Source of the DNA: Candidatus Woesebacteria bacterium
GTDB taxonomy: Bacteria; Patescibacteriota; Microgenomatia; UBA8517
DNA length: 46,433 nucleotides
Reading direction: 5' to 3'
Assembly: GCA_020060565.1 (NCBI GenBank)
Contig: JAGVAE010000003.1
Span: 86,072 to 132,504, forward strand
The stretch's first letter is position 1. The number at the start of each line of letters is the position of its first letter. The position numbers were made by a program, and so were the translations under genes. The notes under the pieces are model-generated. The model was not told where the DNA came from. It did not search any database and was given only the letters and a program-made list of their open reading frames with translations. This document shows, in pieces, positions 32,370 to 41,212 of this stretch.

Positions 32370-32897
32370 ATGATTAAAAATATAACCTGTATTCTTTTCG
32401 TATTAGCATTATTCTGTACATCCGTAAGTAGCCTTAAGGCTGCTACTTTAGAAGCGGAGGGGAGTGCTGTGCCAAAATTTAACAAGATCGAAAAAAGCAA
32501 TTTTGATTATAGAGTCTATACGCTTAGAAAGTTCTTTACTGAATACAACTCACCATTAACTCCTTATTCAGCTGAATTTATAGCTGAAGCTGATTATTAT
32601 GGAATCGATTATAGAATGATTCCAGCAATTACTGGAGTTGAATCAACGTTTGGTAAACAAATTCCAGCCAATTCCTATAATGCCTATGGTTGGGCAAATG
32701 GTAATTATAGCTTTAAATCCTGGCCAAATTCTATTCAGATTGTTGCAAAAACCTTAAAAACTAAATATATAGATAGGGGTGCAACTTCTATTAACAAAAT
32801 TGCTAAAATCTATGCTCCTCCTTCCACAACCTGGGGAAATAAGGTTAACTACTTTGTGTCAAAAATCGATACACTCCCTCTATCTTTCGATATATAA
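32370..32897 (+). CDS. Secreted lysozyme-like / lytic-transglycosylase-like protein (paralogue of 30807..31445)
   Basis: The start was moved to the ATG at 32370, which gives a clean signal peptide (MIKNITCILFVLALFCTSVSSLKA). The ORF-track GTG at 32301 would translate through the terminator hairpin. Shared motifs: YNSPLTPYSAEFI, DYRMIPAITGVESTFGK, AYGWA. Confidence 0.55.
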   Translation: MIKNITCILFVLALFCTSVSSLKAATLEAEGSAVPKFNKIEKSNFDYRVYTLRKFFTEYNSPLTPYSAEFIAEADYYGIDYRMIPAITGVESTFGKQIPANSYNAYGWANGNYSFKSWPNSIQIVAKTLKTKYIDRGATSINKIAKIYAPPSTTWGNKVNYFVSKIDTLPLSFDI

Positions 32898-32906
32898 TAC
32901 TCACAG

Positions 32907-32988
32907 GCCCTCGTGGCGGAACTGGTATACGCGTACGCTTTAGGAGCGTATTCCTTACGGATTAGAGGTTCAAATCCTCTCGAGGGCA
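32907..32988 (+). tRNA. tRNA-Leu (anticodon TAG), type II
   Basis: Cloverleaf: GCCCTCG acceptor, TACGC-TTTAGGA-GCGTA anticodon arm, 13-nt variable arm, AGAGG-TTCAAAT-CCTCT T arm. Confidence 0.88.
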
Positions 32989-33009
32989 CAGTAGTTAGAA
33001 AACGATAAA

Positions 33010-33243
33010 ATGGTACGTTTGAGTACTGAAAAAATTATACATTTTTATCCCCTTGATGAGGAAACACCTGATGGACTAAAGTCCCCTGAAGGTACTGGAC
33101 AAGTTGGCCAATGGGTTAGAAACAAGATAAGAGATGACATTGAAGATAAAATTGAAAGTATTGATTCCCCGAAAGAAAAACGGTGGCTCATGAAGAGGAG
33201 CCCTACAATAAGAGAATTAGATAGAAAAAAAGAAGGAGATTAA
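33010..33243 (+). CDS. Small hypothetical protein (77 aa), highly charged
   Basis: It is the only ORF in this interval. No motif was recognised, so coding status is uncertain. Confidence 0.3.
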   Translation: MVRLSTEKIIHFYPLDEETPDGLKSPEGTGQVGQWVRNKIRDDIEDKIESIDSPKEKRWLMKRSPTIRELDRKKEGD

Positions 33244-33398
33244 TCACCTAAAATCTTAATGTTAGTGATACAACCATTAAAAGATGTGTGTAAATAGGGT
33301 CTTATAATTAGGATATGCTAGAATCAGTAGTTGAATGGAGGCGAGGAATGGTTCAATCTGAGTAAAGTTTCTCGCACACAAAAATGCTACAATAAAAT

Positions 33399-33521
33399 AT
33401 GACTTTTAATGCTCTACATCTTCAGAAAAAACAAAAAAACTCTTTAATTACACTTTTATATCTATTCATTCCAATCCTAGTCTTTTTTGCTGTTTTGGCA
33501 CTAATGCTTAGTAGAAAATAA
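33399..33521 (+). CDS. Small single-pass membrane protein (40 aa), tentative
   Basis: The translation is MTFNALHLQKKQKNSLITLLYLFIPILVFFAVLALMLSRK. The extended -10 TGCTACAAT ends 5 nt before the ATG. It lies 18 nt upstream of the DUF192 gene. Confidence 0.3.
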   Translation: MTFNALHLQKKQKNSLITLLYLFIPILVFFAVLALMLSRK

Positions 33522-33539
33522 AATGAGTGTTCACATTAC

Positions 33540-34055
33540 ATGATAAAACAACTATTGCTACCTCTCGCTGCAGTCGCCGCTTTCATTGTTTTAGTCGGAA
33601 TTTTCACTCAAAAACAATCATCCATCAACTTATCAAAATACATTCCTGTGGCAACGCCTACACCAGCTCAAACTGTTACGATTGGAAATAAAACTATTCA
33701 AGTTGAAATTGCAAAAACTGAAACCGAGCGGGCAAAAGGACTTTCAGGCAGATCTTCTTTAGGAACAGATAAAGGTATGCTTTTTGTTTTTGATTCAAAA
33801 CAAGTTAGCCCAATTTTTTGGATGAAAGATATGATAATTCCAATTGATATTATTTGGATTAGTGGAGATAAAATTGTAAAAATAGATAAAAGTGTTCCAG
33901 TTCCCAAGCCTAATGCGAAAGATGGTGCATTACCAAAATATTCTCCAGGACGCCCAATTGATTATGTTCTGGAGGTTTCCTCAGGTTTTTCCGATACCAA
34001 TAACATCAAAGTAGGAGATTCTGTCCAAATGCAATTCGATCTAAAACAAACTTAG
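33540..34055 (+). CDS. DUF192-domain protein (secreted/anchored)
   Basis: It has an N-terminal hydrophobic segment, then GLSGRSSLGTDKGMLFVF...IFWMKDMIIPIDIIWISGDKIVKI, the DUF192 signature as I recall it. Confidence 0.72.
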   Translation: MIKQLLLPLAAVAAFIVLVGIFTQKQSSINLSKYIPVATPTPAQTVTIGNKTIQVEIAKTETERAKGLSGRSSLGTDKGMLFVFDSKQVSPIFWMKDMIIPIDIIWISGDKIVKIDKSVPVPKPNAKDGALPKYSPGRPIDYVLEVSSGFSDTNNIKVGDSVQMQFDLKQT

Positions 34056-35190
34056 CACCACCCATACTCCTAGCCCTTGTAACTGTAAAGTCACCCCATC
34101 TTTTATTTAGCTTATCAACAGATTTAAATAAATCTTCATTTTTTTCTAAATTTTCAAAAATATTAAGCTGTAAAGAATTAATCCTCGTTAGTCCATAACA
34201 AGAAACTGCCAAATTGAGAACAGGAGAAGAAGGATTGGCTTCCAAAAGTAACCTAAAAACACCTTTATAAATATCTTCTGTAAGACGTCCTTTATGCCAC
34301 CAAAAGCCATTTTTATAAATAATAGCCAAATGAACACCACTCGCCCTATAACCAGCCATTCTAACTCTACTACACATCTTCTCCGTGAGTCTTGAGAGAA
34401 TTGGGGATAACTCCTCGATTTTACTCAAACTCTCTCCAATTGCCACTGAGTTACCGTAGGAGTGCCTACCATATTCAATATCATCTACCTCATATCCCGT
34501 GAGTCTTACATGCCAGTAAAGCCCAGTTATTGAATGAAAAGCGGCCTTAAGTTTCCAAACTGGGGCATTATAAAAATCTAAAACTGAATATATACCAAGG
34601 CAATTAAGCCGTGCTGCATTTCGCACCTTAATTCCTGTTAAATCAGTGAGCTTTAGCTTTGAATAAATATCTAAAAAATTGTCTTTATTAATTTCATCAA
34701 GCCCATCTGGTTTATGAAGCCCTGCTGCAATTTTAGCTAAGTACCTATTTGGAGCAATTCCAATAGACACTGTTATCCATTCGCCAATTTCTTTTTTTAT
34801 TCTTCGTTTTATTTCGCATGCTACATTATGCATGCTACTTGCTACGGGTTTTATCACAAACTCGTCTATTGATTTTGGGATAACTTCAGGGGAGTATTCT
34901 AAAAGTAAATTTCGCAATTTCAGATGAACGTTTCTATATTTCCAAGGATCAGGAGAAAGAACCACCAAGTCAGGATAGATTTTCTTCCCATCCATAACCC
35001 TCATTCCTGTCTTTATACCAAATCTTTTGGCTTCAATCGACGAAGCCAAAATACAGCCTTTGTTTGTTGTAAAAGCAGCAACCACAATTGGTTTTCCACG
35101 TAAATTTGGATTAGCTTGCTGTTCAATCGTCGCAAAACAGGAATTGATATCAATATGCATTACTGCTGAGGGATTTTTATTAAATTCCAT
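34006..35190 (-). CDS. dinB: Y-family DNA polymerase (DinB/Pol IV-like)
   Basis: Motifs: MHIDINSCFATIEQQANPNLRGKPIVVA (catalytic Asp motif), SIDEFVIK (the SIDE motif), IAPNRYLAKIA. The 3' end overlaps the convergent DUF192 gene by 50 nt. Confidence 0.82.
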   Translation of the reverse strand: MEFNKNPSAVMHIDINSCFATIEQQANPNLRGKPIVVAAFTTNKGCILASSIEAKRFGIKTGMRVMDGKKIYPDLVVLSPDPWKYRNVHLKLRNLLLEYSPEVIPKSIDEFVIKPVASSMHNVACEIKRRIKKEIGEWITVSIGIAPNRYLAKIAAGLHKPDGLDEINKDNFLDIYSKLKLTDLTGIKVRNAARLNCLGIYSVLDFYNAPVWKLKAAFHSITGLYWHVRLTGYEVDDIEYGRHSYGNSVAIGESLSKIEELSPILSRLTEKMCSRVRMAGYRASGVHLAIIYKNGFWWHKGRLTEDIYKGVFRLLLEANPSSPVLNLAVSCYGLTRINSLQLNIFENLEKNEDLFKSVDKLNKRWGDFTVTRARSMGGAKFVLDRIAFGQNLLL

Positions 35191-35410
35191 TTTCAGTTTC
35201 TTCCAGGGTCCAGCCTAAAGTATCCGTATCAAACTTGAGCCTCATAAAAAGAGTTCCTGCAGTAACAGAAAATATATGATAAAGGGTAGTCCCAAGACGA
35301 AAGACGTGATGCAAACCTATCTGAGTGATTGTATGGCTTCTTCCCTTCCAGACTACATACTTAGGGATATCATTAACCATTCCCACAGTTACCTTTTCAT
35401 TAATCATCAT
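35180..35410 (-). CDS. Small hypothetical protein (76 aa) translationally coupled to the Y-family polymerase
   Basis: It overlaps the polymerase start by 11 nt. No motif was recognised. Confidence 0.5.
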   Translation of the reverse strand: MMINEKVTVGMVNDIPKYVVWKGRSHTITQIGLHHVFRLGTTLYHIFSVTAGTLFMRLKFDTDTLGWTLEETENGI

Positions 35411-35470
35411 AATTAGTTTTAACCCGAATAAAATACGAAGTCAATAGATAAATGCTAATATAATAAGTGT

Positions 35471-35494
35471 ATGAATGAATGAATGAATGAATGA
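35471..35494 (+). repeat. Tetranucleotide microsatellite (ATGA)x6 ending in the start codon of the downstream gene
   Basis: Direct reading gives atga atga atga atga atga atga, then ataa. Only the last ATG (35491) opens the long frame; the five upstream ATGs each hit TGA or TAA after 3 codons. Confidence 0.95.
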
Positions 35495-36507
35495 ATAAAT
35501 ATATCTACCATCTTCTAATTGCTGTTATCTTTATCCTTATTGGTTGGTTTGCAAATACTGCCTATAGCCTTTTTTCGGATTCAACCGATTCAACCTCGCG
35601 GGTTGAATTATTCTCTAGATCTAAACAGCTTGCAAAATACACAATTGAGAATCTGTCGAAAGCTGAGATAAAACCTGTTGAAATTCAAATTGGTAAAATT
35701 TTAAAAGAGAATCCCAAATTCACTTCATATCAGTTCAGTATGACATTTAGTCCAGATTTTAGTCAAAACTTAAAAACCACATCAGGGCTTATAAATATTC
35801 CCAAAGGAAATGGTAAGTTTCCAATTATTGTTATGTTCAGAGGCTATGTTGACCCTAAAGAATATTTCATAGGCAATGGGACCATTCACGCAGCTGAATA
35901 TTTTGCGTCAAATGGTTTTATTACTATTGCCCCAGATTTTTTGGGCTATGGGGAAAGCGACAAAGAAGCCGATGATATTTTCGAATCTCGTTTCCAAACG
36001 TATGCAACAGCAATAACACTTCTTAAATCTCTCGATCATTCAACTATTCAACCATTTAACTATTCGTCCGTTTTTATTTGGGGACACAGCAATGGGGGCC
36101 AAATTGCTTTAACCGCACTTGAGGCAACGGGACTAGATTATCCAACGGTTCTTTGGGCACCGGTCACAAAACCCTTCCCATATTCAATCCTTTATTACAC
36201 CGATGACGCCGAAGATGGTGGAAAGTTCTTACGCAAAAAATTAAGTGAATTTGAAAAAGACTATGACACAGATCTTTTTTCCCTAACAAAATATTTAGCA
36301 AATATTAAAGCTCCCATCCAATTAAACCAGGGGACAGCTGACACTGCAGTTCCTGCAATCTGGTCAAACCAATTTGCCAAAGATTTAACTGAACTAAAAG
36401 CAGATTTAAAATATATTAAATACCCAGGAAGCGACCATAATATGTCTCCAACTTGGAACCAAGCAATATCAAATGCTTTAGATTTTTATAAAAAACATAT
36501 AGAATAA
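35491..36507 (+). CDS. Alpha/beta-hydrolase (S9 peptidase / dienelactone-hydrolase-like), membrane anchored
   Basis: It has an N-terminal TM segment, the nucleophile elbow GHSNGG, and a late Asp/His region (GTADTAV, GSDHNM). Confidence 0.7.
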   Translation: MNKYIYHLLIAVIFILIGWFANTAYSLFSDSTDSTSRVELFSRSKQLAKYTIENLSKAEIKPVEIQIGKILKENPKFTSYQFSMTFSPDFSQNLKTTSGLINIPKGNGKFPIIVMFRGYVDPKEYFIGNGTIHAAEYFASNGFITIAPDFLGYGESDKEADDIFESRFQTYATAITLLKSLDHSTIQPFNYSSVFIWGHSNGGQIALTALEATGLDYPTVLWAPVTKPFPYSILYYTDDAEDGGKFLRKKLSEFEKDYDTDLFSLTKYLANIKAPIQLNQGTADTAVPAIWSNQFAKDLTELKADLKYIKYPGSDHNMSPTWNQAISNALDFYKKHIE

Positions 36508-36511
36508 TATT

Positions 36512-36850
36512 ATGAAGTTAATTATTAGACTTGCAGTAAATGTTTTTGCTTTATTGGTTGTTGAATATGTTGTCCCAGGATTTGTTTTGAAAGACATTTG
36601 GACAGCGGTTGTTGCGGCGGTTGCTATTGGGATAGTTAACACTCTAATTAAACCAGTGCTTCAACTCATTGCTCTTCCCATTTCAATTTTGACGCTAGGA
36701 ATTGGAGCATTCTTAATTAACGTTCTTCTTCTTTGGGGGACTTCCAGACTTGTTCCCGGCTTTTATATTGCCAGTTTTACAACTGCAGTCTTAGGCTCCC
36801 TTGTTCTTTCTTTAGTCACTTGGTTCCTCCACAAATTGGCAAGGGAATAA
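36512..36850 (+). CDS. Membrane protein, DUF360 / phage-holin-4_2 (YvlD-like) family
   Basis: Motifs: VVPGFVLKDIWTAVVAAVAIGIVNTLIKPVLQLIALPISILTLGIGAFLINVLLLW...VPGF. It has four TM segments. Confidence 0.7.
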   Translation: MKLIIRLAVNVFALLVVEYVVPGFVLKDIWTAVVAAVAIGIVNTLIKPVLQLIALPISILTLGIGAFLINVLLLWGTSRLVPGFYIASFTTAVLGSLVLSLVTWFLHKLARE

Positions 36851-36939
36851 GATATTTTTCCACGAAAAAAGGAAAGGTACTTCCATTTTTGACTTTTAAG
36901 GTCTCAACTTTTCACTTTCCTTTATTTTCGATCTAAAAA

Positions 36940-37203
36940 TTATTGTCTTGGTTCCATTGGACGGGCAACATTGACATTAATTTTGCGCCCTTTTAAGTCG
37001 CTTCCATTGAGCTTTTCAACAGCTAACTTAGCTTCGTCTTCTGTGCTCATGGTAACAAATCCAAATCCACGGCTTCTACCAGTCATTTTATCCATTAAGA
37101 CAACTGCGTCTGTAACGGTTCCAACGGCTGCAAAAACTGCACGAAGATCATCACCTGTAACACTCCAGTCCAAATTACCAACAAAAAGTTTGGTATTTTG
37201 CAT
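36940..37203 (-). CDS. RRM-type RNA-binding protein
   Basis: It has RNP-2 (KLFVGNL) and RNP-1 (RGFGFVTM) and is 87 aa long. Confidence 0.85.
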   Translation of the reverse strand: MQNTKLFVGNLDWSVTGDDLRAVFAAVGTVTDAVVLMDKMTGRSRGFGFVTMSTEDEAKLAVEKLNGSDLKGRKINVNVARPMEPRQ

Positions 37204-37312
37204 TTTATTTAATACTCACCTCCATCTATTTTTTCTTACCTTGGAGTAAACTCTCCTGAAGACTCAGGGGGTCTCACAAAGCTTGTTATGAGAAATATTG
37301 TATAATAACTGC

Positions 37313-37489
37313 ATGACAAAGTCAAAAACATCAGTAGATGAAGTTAAACTTCCTCTCAAAAGTTCTTTCTCGGGCTTTTCCAGGTTTGGGCCACAACCGA
37401 ATAGATTTGCGCCACAGAAGTTTAGTGGCAAAGGAGTTGTAGTACGTCCAACCTTTGTCACCCAACACAAAGGTGGGGGTGGAAAATAG
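37313..37489 (+). CDS. Small basic hypothetical protein (58 aa), tentative
   Basis: TGTATAAT ends 6 nt before the ATG at 37313. The product (MTKSKTSVDEV...RFGPQPNRFAPQKFSGKG...HKGGGGK) looks disordered. An antisense ORF of similar size exists, so coding status is uncertain. Confidence 0.25.
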   Translation: MTKSKTSVDEVKLPLKSSFSGFSRFGPQPNRFAPQKFSGKGVVVRPTFVTQHKGGGGK

Positions 37490-37515
37490 CTTCAGAGCCA
37501 GTTATAATACCAGTC

Positions 37516-38373
37516 ATGGCAAATAACATTACTTCAGTAATAGCTCGTGAGTCTGATGGCAACATCCAAATTACCTTTACCATCCCTTATTCTTTAATTG
37601 AAAAGGCCAAGGAAGAAACTATAGCTGAGATGGCTAAGGATATTGAAATTCCTGGTTTTAGGAAAGGAACAGCACCACTTTCTAAGGTTCAAGAAAAAAT
37701 TCCACAAAGTACTCTCATTGAACATTCATTAAGCCATTTACTACCCAAGGCTTTGAGTGAATCAGTTACCGAAAATAAACTCAAAATTGCAGTTTACCCA
37801 AGGTTCGAACTTATTAGTGCCAAAGAAAATGAGGCCTGGCAAATAAAAGGGACTACTTGTGAGCTTCCCGAGGTTGAACTCGGAGATTACAAAAAAGCTG
37901 TAACGGGCACTTTAAGGTCTGATTCAATCATTGTTCCAGGAAAAGAAACTAAAGAAAAAACAAAAGAAGAGAAAGAGGGAGTGGTACTTAAGGCTCTTAT
38001 TGATAGCGTAAAAATAAATATTCCAAAAATTCTAATTGAAGAAGAAGCAGATAGTAGGCTTTCCAGTCTTCTTGCTCGACTTGAGAAGTTAGGACTTGCA
38101 CTTGAGAATTACCTAGCATCAATCAACAAGAAAGCTGAAGATCTTCGAGCTGAGTACGCACTTCAGGCCAAAGATGCAATTTCAATTGATTTAATTCTTA
38201 ATAAAATTGCAGAAACTGAGAATCTTACAGTTGACGAAAAAGAAGTTGAATCAGCTTTTAGTATGTCCCAAGCATCAGCTCCAAAAGGGGAGGATCCAGA
38301 AAATAGGAAACGTCTTATTGAATCAATCTTAAAAAGACGTAAAGCTCTGGACTTCTTACTTAGTTTGAGTTAA
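37516..38373 (+). CDS. tig: Trigger factor lacking the PPIase (FKBP) domain
   Basis: The N-terminal ribosome-binding domain carries the signature GFRKGTAP. After about residue 150 the sequence continues directly into the C-terminal arm domain (IPKILIEEEADSRLSSLLARLEKLGLALENYL). At 285 aa it compares with roughly 430 aa for canonical trigger factor. Confidence 0.72.
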   Translation: MANNITSVIARESDGNIQITFTIPYSLIEKAKEETIAEMAKDIEIPGFRKGTAPLSKVQEKIPQSTLIEHSLSHLLPKALSESVTENKLKIAVYPRFELISAKENEAWQIKGTTCELPEVELGDYKKAVTGTLRSDSIIVPGKETKEKTKEEKEGVVLKALIDSVKINIPKILIEEEADSRLSSLLARLEKLGLALENYLASINKKAEDLRAEYALQAKDAISIDLILNKIAETENLTVDEKEVESAFSMSQASAPKGEDPENRKRLIESILKRRKALDFLLSLS

Positions 38374-38384
38374 TATCGGGCCAA

Positions 38385-39014
38385 ATGGCGGATACAAAAA
38401 AAACTAAGAGTAATATAGTTAAAAGGAATATCATTGAATCCCTTAAGGATCTTGGCGGCGATTTTTCAGAACAAAGTACAGATCTTCTTAAAAACACCTC
38501 AGAAGACTTTTTTAGAGAACTTCTTGCCATGAGAAAGGTGGAACCAGTAAAAAGGTCTGGAGAGATGGTGCCAGGAGAGGCTCTTGATATGTCTTCAGTT
38601 CTTGCTGGAAAAGAAGAGGAAAATAAAAAATTAAGAGCTCAGATTTCTCTAGAACGCAACCTATCTTCAGATGAAAAAAGATTGTCACAAGAAAAAATGC
38701 AGGAATTAAAAGTCCAACTTCAGGCAATAACTGTTGAAATTAGTAAACTTGCGGCTAGTACCGGAAACCTTGCAACACAAACTGAAATAGCAATGGTTGA
38801 GATTCCCAACGATCCTGGCATATATCATGTTATTTTCTTTGAAAAGGTTTTGAAGTTTTTACAATCATTCAGAGCAAAAATAGATTCAGCTGCTACCTGG
38901 CTCCAAAGTTCAAATAAGAGAGCTGAAAAGAAAAATTATTGGAGTCAATATAAGAAAAAGGGTACCACATTTCTTCTTTCTGGCGAAAGCTATTTGCAAA
39001 GGTCTGCTGGTTAA
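38385..39014 (+). CDS. Hypothetical protein (209 aa), coiled-coil rich
   Basis: It is a clean ORF 11 nt after tig. No motif was recognised. Confidence 0.55.
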   Translation: MADTKKTKSNIVKRNIIESLKDLGGDFSEQSTDLLKNTSEDFFRELLAMRKVEPVKRSGEMVPGEALDMSSVLAGKEEENKKLRAQISLERNLSSDEKRLSQEKMQELKVQLQAITVEISKLAASTGNLATQTEIAMVEIPNDPGIYHVIFFEKVLKFLQSFRAKIDSAATWLQSSNKRAEKKNYWSQYKKKGTTFLLSGESYLQRSAG

Positions 39015-39039
39015 AGCAGTTGAATTGTAGTATGAAAGA

Positions 39040-39741
39040 GTGTATGGTTGGGGGGTGATATCTAAGTGGTACGAGTTAAAAGACAAGGCAATTAAACTCC
39101 GTTCTAAAGGAAAATCTATTGGTAGTATCGAATTGAAGCTTGGCATTCCTAGATCAACTCTGTCAGGGTGGTTTAAGAACATTCAACTCACCGATGTCCA
39201 AAAAGAAAAGTTAAAAGCAAAAATGTTATCAGCCCTTGTTAAATCCAGACGCAAGGCTATATTGTGGCATAATTCCCAAAAAGAGTTGCATTTACAGGAA
39301 GCAGAAAGACAAGCAGATTTAGTATTAAAAGGAATCAACACCAAAAACAAAAATGTCGTCGAATTGGCTTTGTCATTACTTTATTTAGGAGAGGGGTCCA
39401 AAAACGGAACAACTTCGTTGGGAAATTCTAATCCTCTTATCCTAAATTTTTTCATTGCTAGTATAAAATCTGTTTATGGAATTGATAAAAATTCTGCTAG
39501 ATGTGAACTTCACTTAAGAAGCGATCAAGATGAAGTCCAAGTTATTAACTTCTGGTCAAAAGAGCTCCAAATTCCGAAGGAAAAATTCATTTACACAAAA
39601 GATAAGAGAACTATCAAATCAGCCACTTACCCGAATTATATGGGCGTATGCGTTGTCAGATTTAATAAAATTGCGATTATGAGAAGATTGATGTTTCTAA
39701 GCCAAAAATTTTGTAATATAATATCAGCTACGGACCCTTAG
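39040..39741 (+). CDS. HTH + LAGLIDADG-like (homing-endonuclease-like) protein
   Basis: It has an N-terminal resolvase-type HTH (GKSIGSIELKLGIPRSTLSGWFKN). The central ALSLLYLGEGSKNG resembles a single LAGLIDADG motif followed by the usual beta-rich core. The last 10 nt overlap tRNA-Val. Confidence 0.45.
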   Translation: MYGWGVISKWYELKDKAIKLRSKGKSIGSIELKLGIPRSTLSGWFKNIQLTDVQKEKLKAKMLSALVKSRRKAILWHNSQKELHLQEAERQADLVLKGINTKNKNVVELALSLLYLGEGSKNGTTSLGNSNPLILNFFIASIKSVYGIDKNSARCELHLRSDQDEVQVINFWSKELQIPKEKFIYTKDKRTIKSATYPNYMGVCVVRFNKIAIMRRLMFLSQKFCNIISATDP

Positions 39742-39806
39742 CTCAGTTTGGCTAGAGCGCAATATTGACGTTATTGAGGTCGCAGGTCCGAGCCCTGCAG
39801 GGTCCA
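39732..39806 (+). tRNA. tRNA-Val (anticodon GAC), T loop TCCGAGC
   Basis: Cloverleaf: GGACCCT acceptor, CAATA-TTGACGT-TATTG anticodon arm, GCAGG-TCCGAGC-CCTGC T arm. Position 55 reads C instead of the near-universal U. Confidence 0.8.
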
Positions 39807-39834
39807 CCGAATTTAATATATCAATTTCTTCTTA

Positions 39835-39894
39835 TTAAGCGTTTCTTTAGAATTGCAGGCTCAAGCTTTGTCTTAATTAAATCTATTTACTGAT
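39835..39894 (+). repeat. Direct repeat copy 1 (about 60 bp; 54/60 identical to 41213..41272)
   Basis: The sequence is ttaagcgtttctttagaattgcaggctcaagctttgtcttaattaaatctatttactgat. The last 24 nt are identical in both copies. Confidence 0.9.
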
Positions 39895-39925
39895 TAGTGA
39901 AATGATTCTATGGAGATAGGCTTAA

Positions 39926-41137
39926 TTATTTGGTAGACCAGTTATTTGAATAATTTGCCATAAGGTCTTCTGTTTCTTCATCCAGAGGATTAAAATGGTC
40001 AAATTCCTCTTTATTTAACCCTTGTAAAACATTTTGAATCAAGTCTTTTGCTTTCTCTAGACCAATAGATTCAACTACAACATTTAGTATTAATAACTTA
40101 TATACGTGTTTATATCCCATTTCAGTACACTTTCTTATTAAGCTTTTACCTAGTTTTTTAATATCCAGACCTGACACTTCTGCTATACGTTTTAAATGTG
40201 GAAGACTCATTTTAAAAATTTCCGTCTCTTCTTGAATATCTCTGCTTTCTCTGCGAAGATTGAAATCATTGTTAAGACTATAGTCACGGATAAGGGCGTT
40301 TATTACCTGTACAGGCTTTAAATTTTTCCACCTTACCTCAACCCCAAGGCTTTTTGCTCTGTCACACAATGACGAGACATAAGAGAGGGTATACCCTTCT
40401 CCGTATTTACCTGAGATAATATTGTCGATGCTACTTTGAACAATATCTTGGATTTGTTCTGAAGAGACTCCTAGTTGAAAAATTGTATTTTTAACAAGGT
40501 TCTCTATTTCACAAGACTCTTCTTCGTCTAGATAAAAGTTGTCTATGTTACTATGAATTGCATACAACCCATATATTAGGAGAGAATGGGTAAACATTTT
40601 TGCAAAGTTAATATTTGATTTTTTTGATAAATTAAGATTCATTTGCATAAGCATGTCTCCCAAGCCTAAAAAACGAGTTTTGTAATACCTATTGTCTGCT
40701 ATATATTTTTCTTCTTGCTTCGTAAGAAGAAATTGTTTTTTCAGAACACTCTCAGCCATTGGGAATAATTTACAAAGGTTGTCTAAATTGTCGGTATGTG
40801 ACACTCGAAAATAACGTTCTGCTATTTGTTCCGAACCATTCTGAGAAAAAAAATTATGAATTAAGACTCTTTCTCTAAATATTCTCTCACTAGAAAGAAA
40901 AGTTTCAGTTAATTTTTCTACAACGGGGACTGGCAACTCAAATTGTGATATTTCATTTGCCGCAGCTGTATACATTTCTATTCTTCTTTTGTCTGGGTTC
41001 ATAAAAAAAATACTATTTATTCTTTTTAGTGAATCCAGAAGCAATACACTCTCGTATTTTTCTTTGAAATATTGAATAATATCATCTGCAACAGTATCAA
41101 TAACTTTTATCGGTTGCATCTGATCCCTGTCTTTCAT
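39926..41137 (-). CDS. Hypothetical protein (403 aa), predicted mostly helical, orphan
   Basis: It is a long clean ORF bracketed by the two direct repeats. No catalytic or DNA-binding motif was recognised. Confidence 0.6.
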   Translation of the reverse strand: MKDRDQMQPIKVIDTVADDIIQYFKEKYESVLLLDSLKRINSIFFMNPDKRRIEMYTAAANEISQFELPVPVVEKLTETFLSSERIFRERVLIHNFFSQNGSEQIAERYFRVSHTDNLDNLCKLFPMAESVLKKQFLLTKQEEKYIADNRYYKTRFLGLGDMLMQMNLNLSKKSNINFAKMFTHSLLIYGLYAIHSNIDNFYLDEEESCEIENLVKNTIFQLGVSSEQIQDIVQSSIDNIISGKYGEGYTLSYVSSLCDRAKSLGVEVRWKNLKPVQVINALIRDYSLNNDFNLRRESRDIQEETEIFKMSLPHLKRIAEVSGLDIKKLGKSLIRKCTEMGYKHVYKLLILNVVVESIGLEKAKDLIQNVLQGLNKEEFDHFNPLDEETEDLMANYSNNWSTK

Positions 41138-41212
41138 CTCAATTTGAAACCAATTCTATCCCATTTCTTGCAAATTACAAGCATGAATCATATAAATTAA
41201 TTGTGTGCCCAC

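Noticed and set aside
34006-34055. The 50-nt convergent overlap of the DUF192 gene and the dinB 3' ends, considered as a possible antisense regulatory arrangement
   Set aside because: The overlap may just reflect a non-conserved C-terminal tail of the polymerase ORF. There is no independent evidence for regulation.
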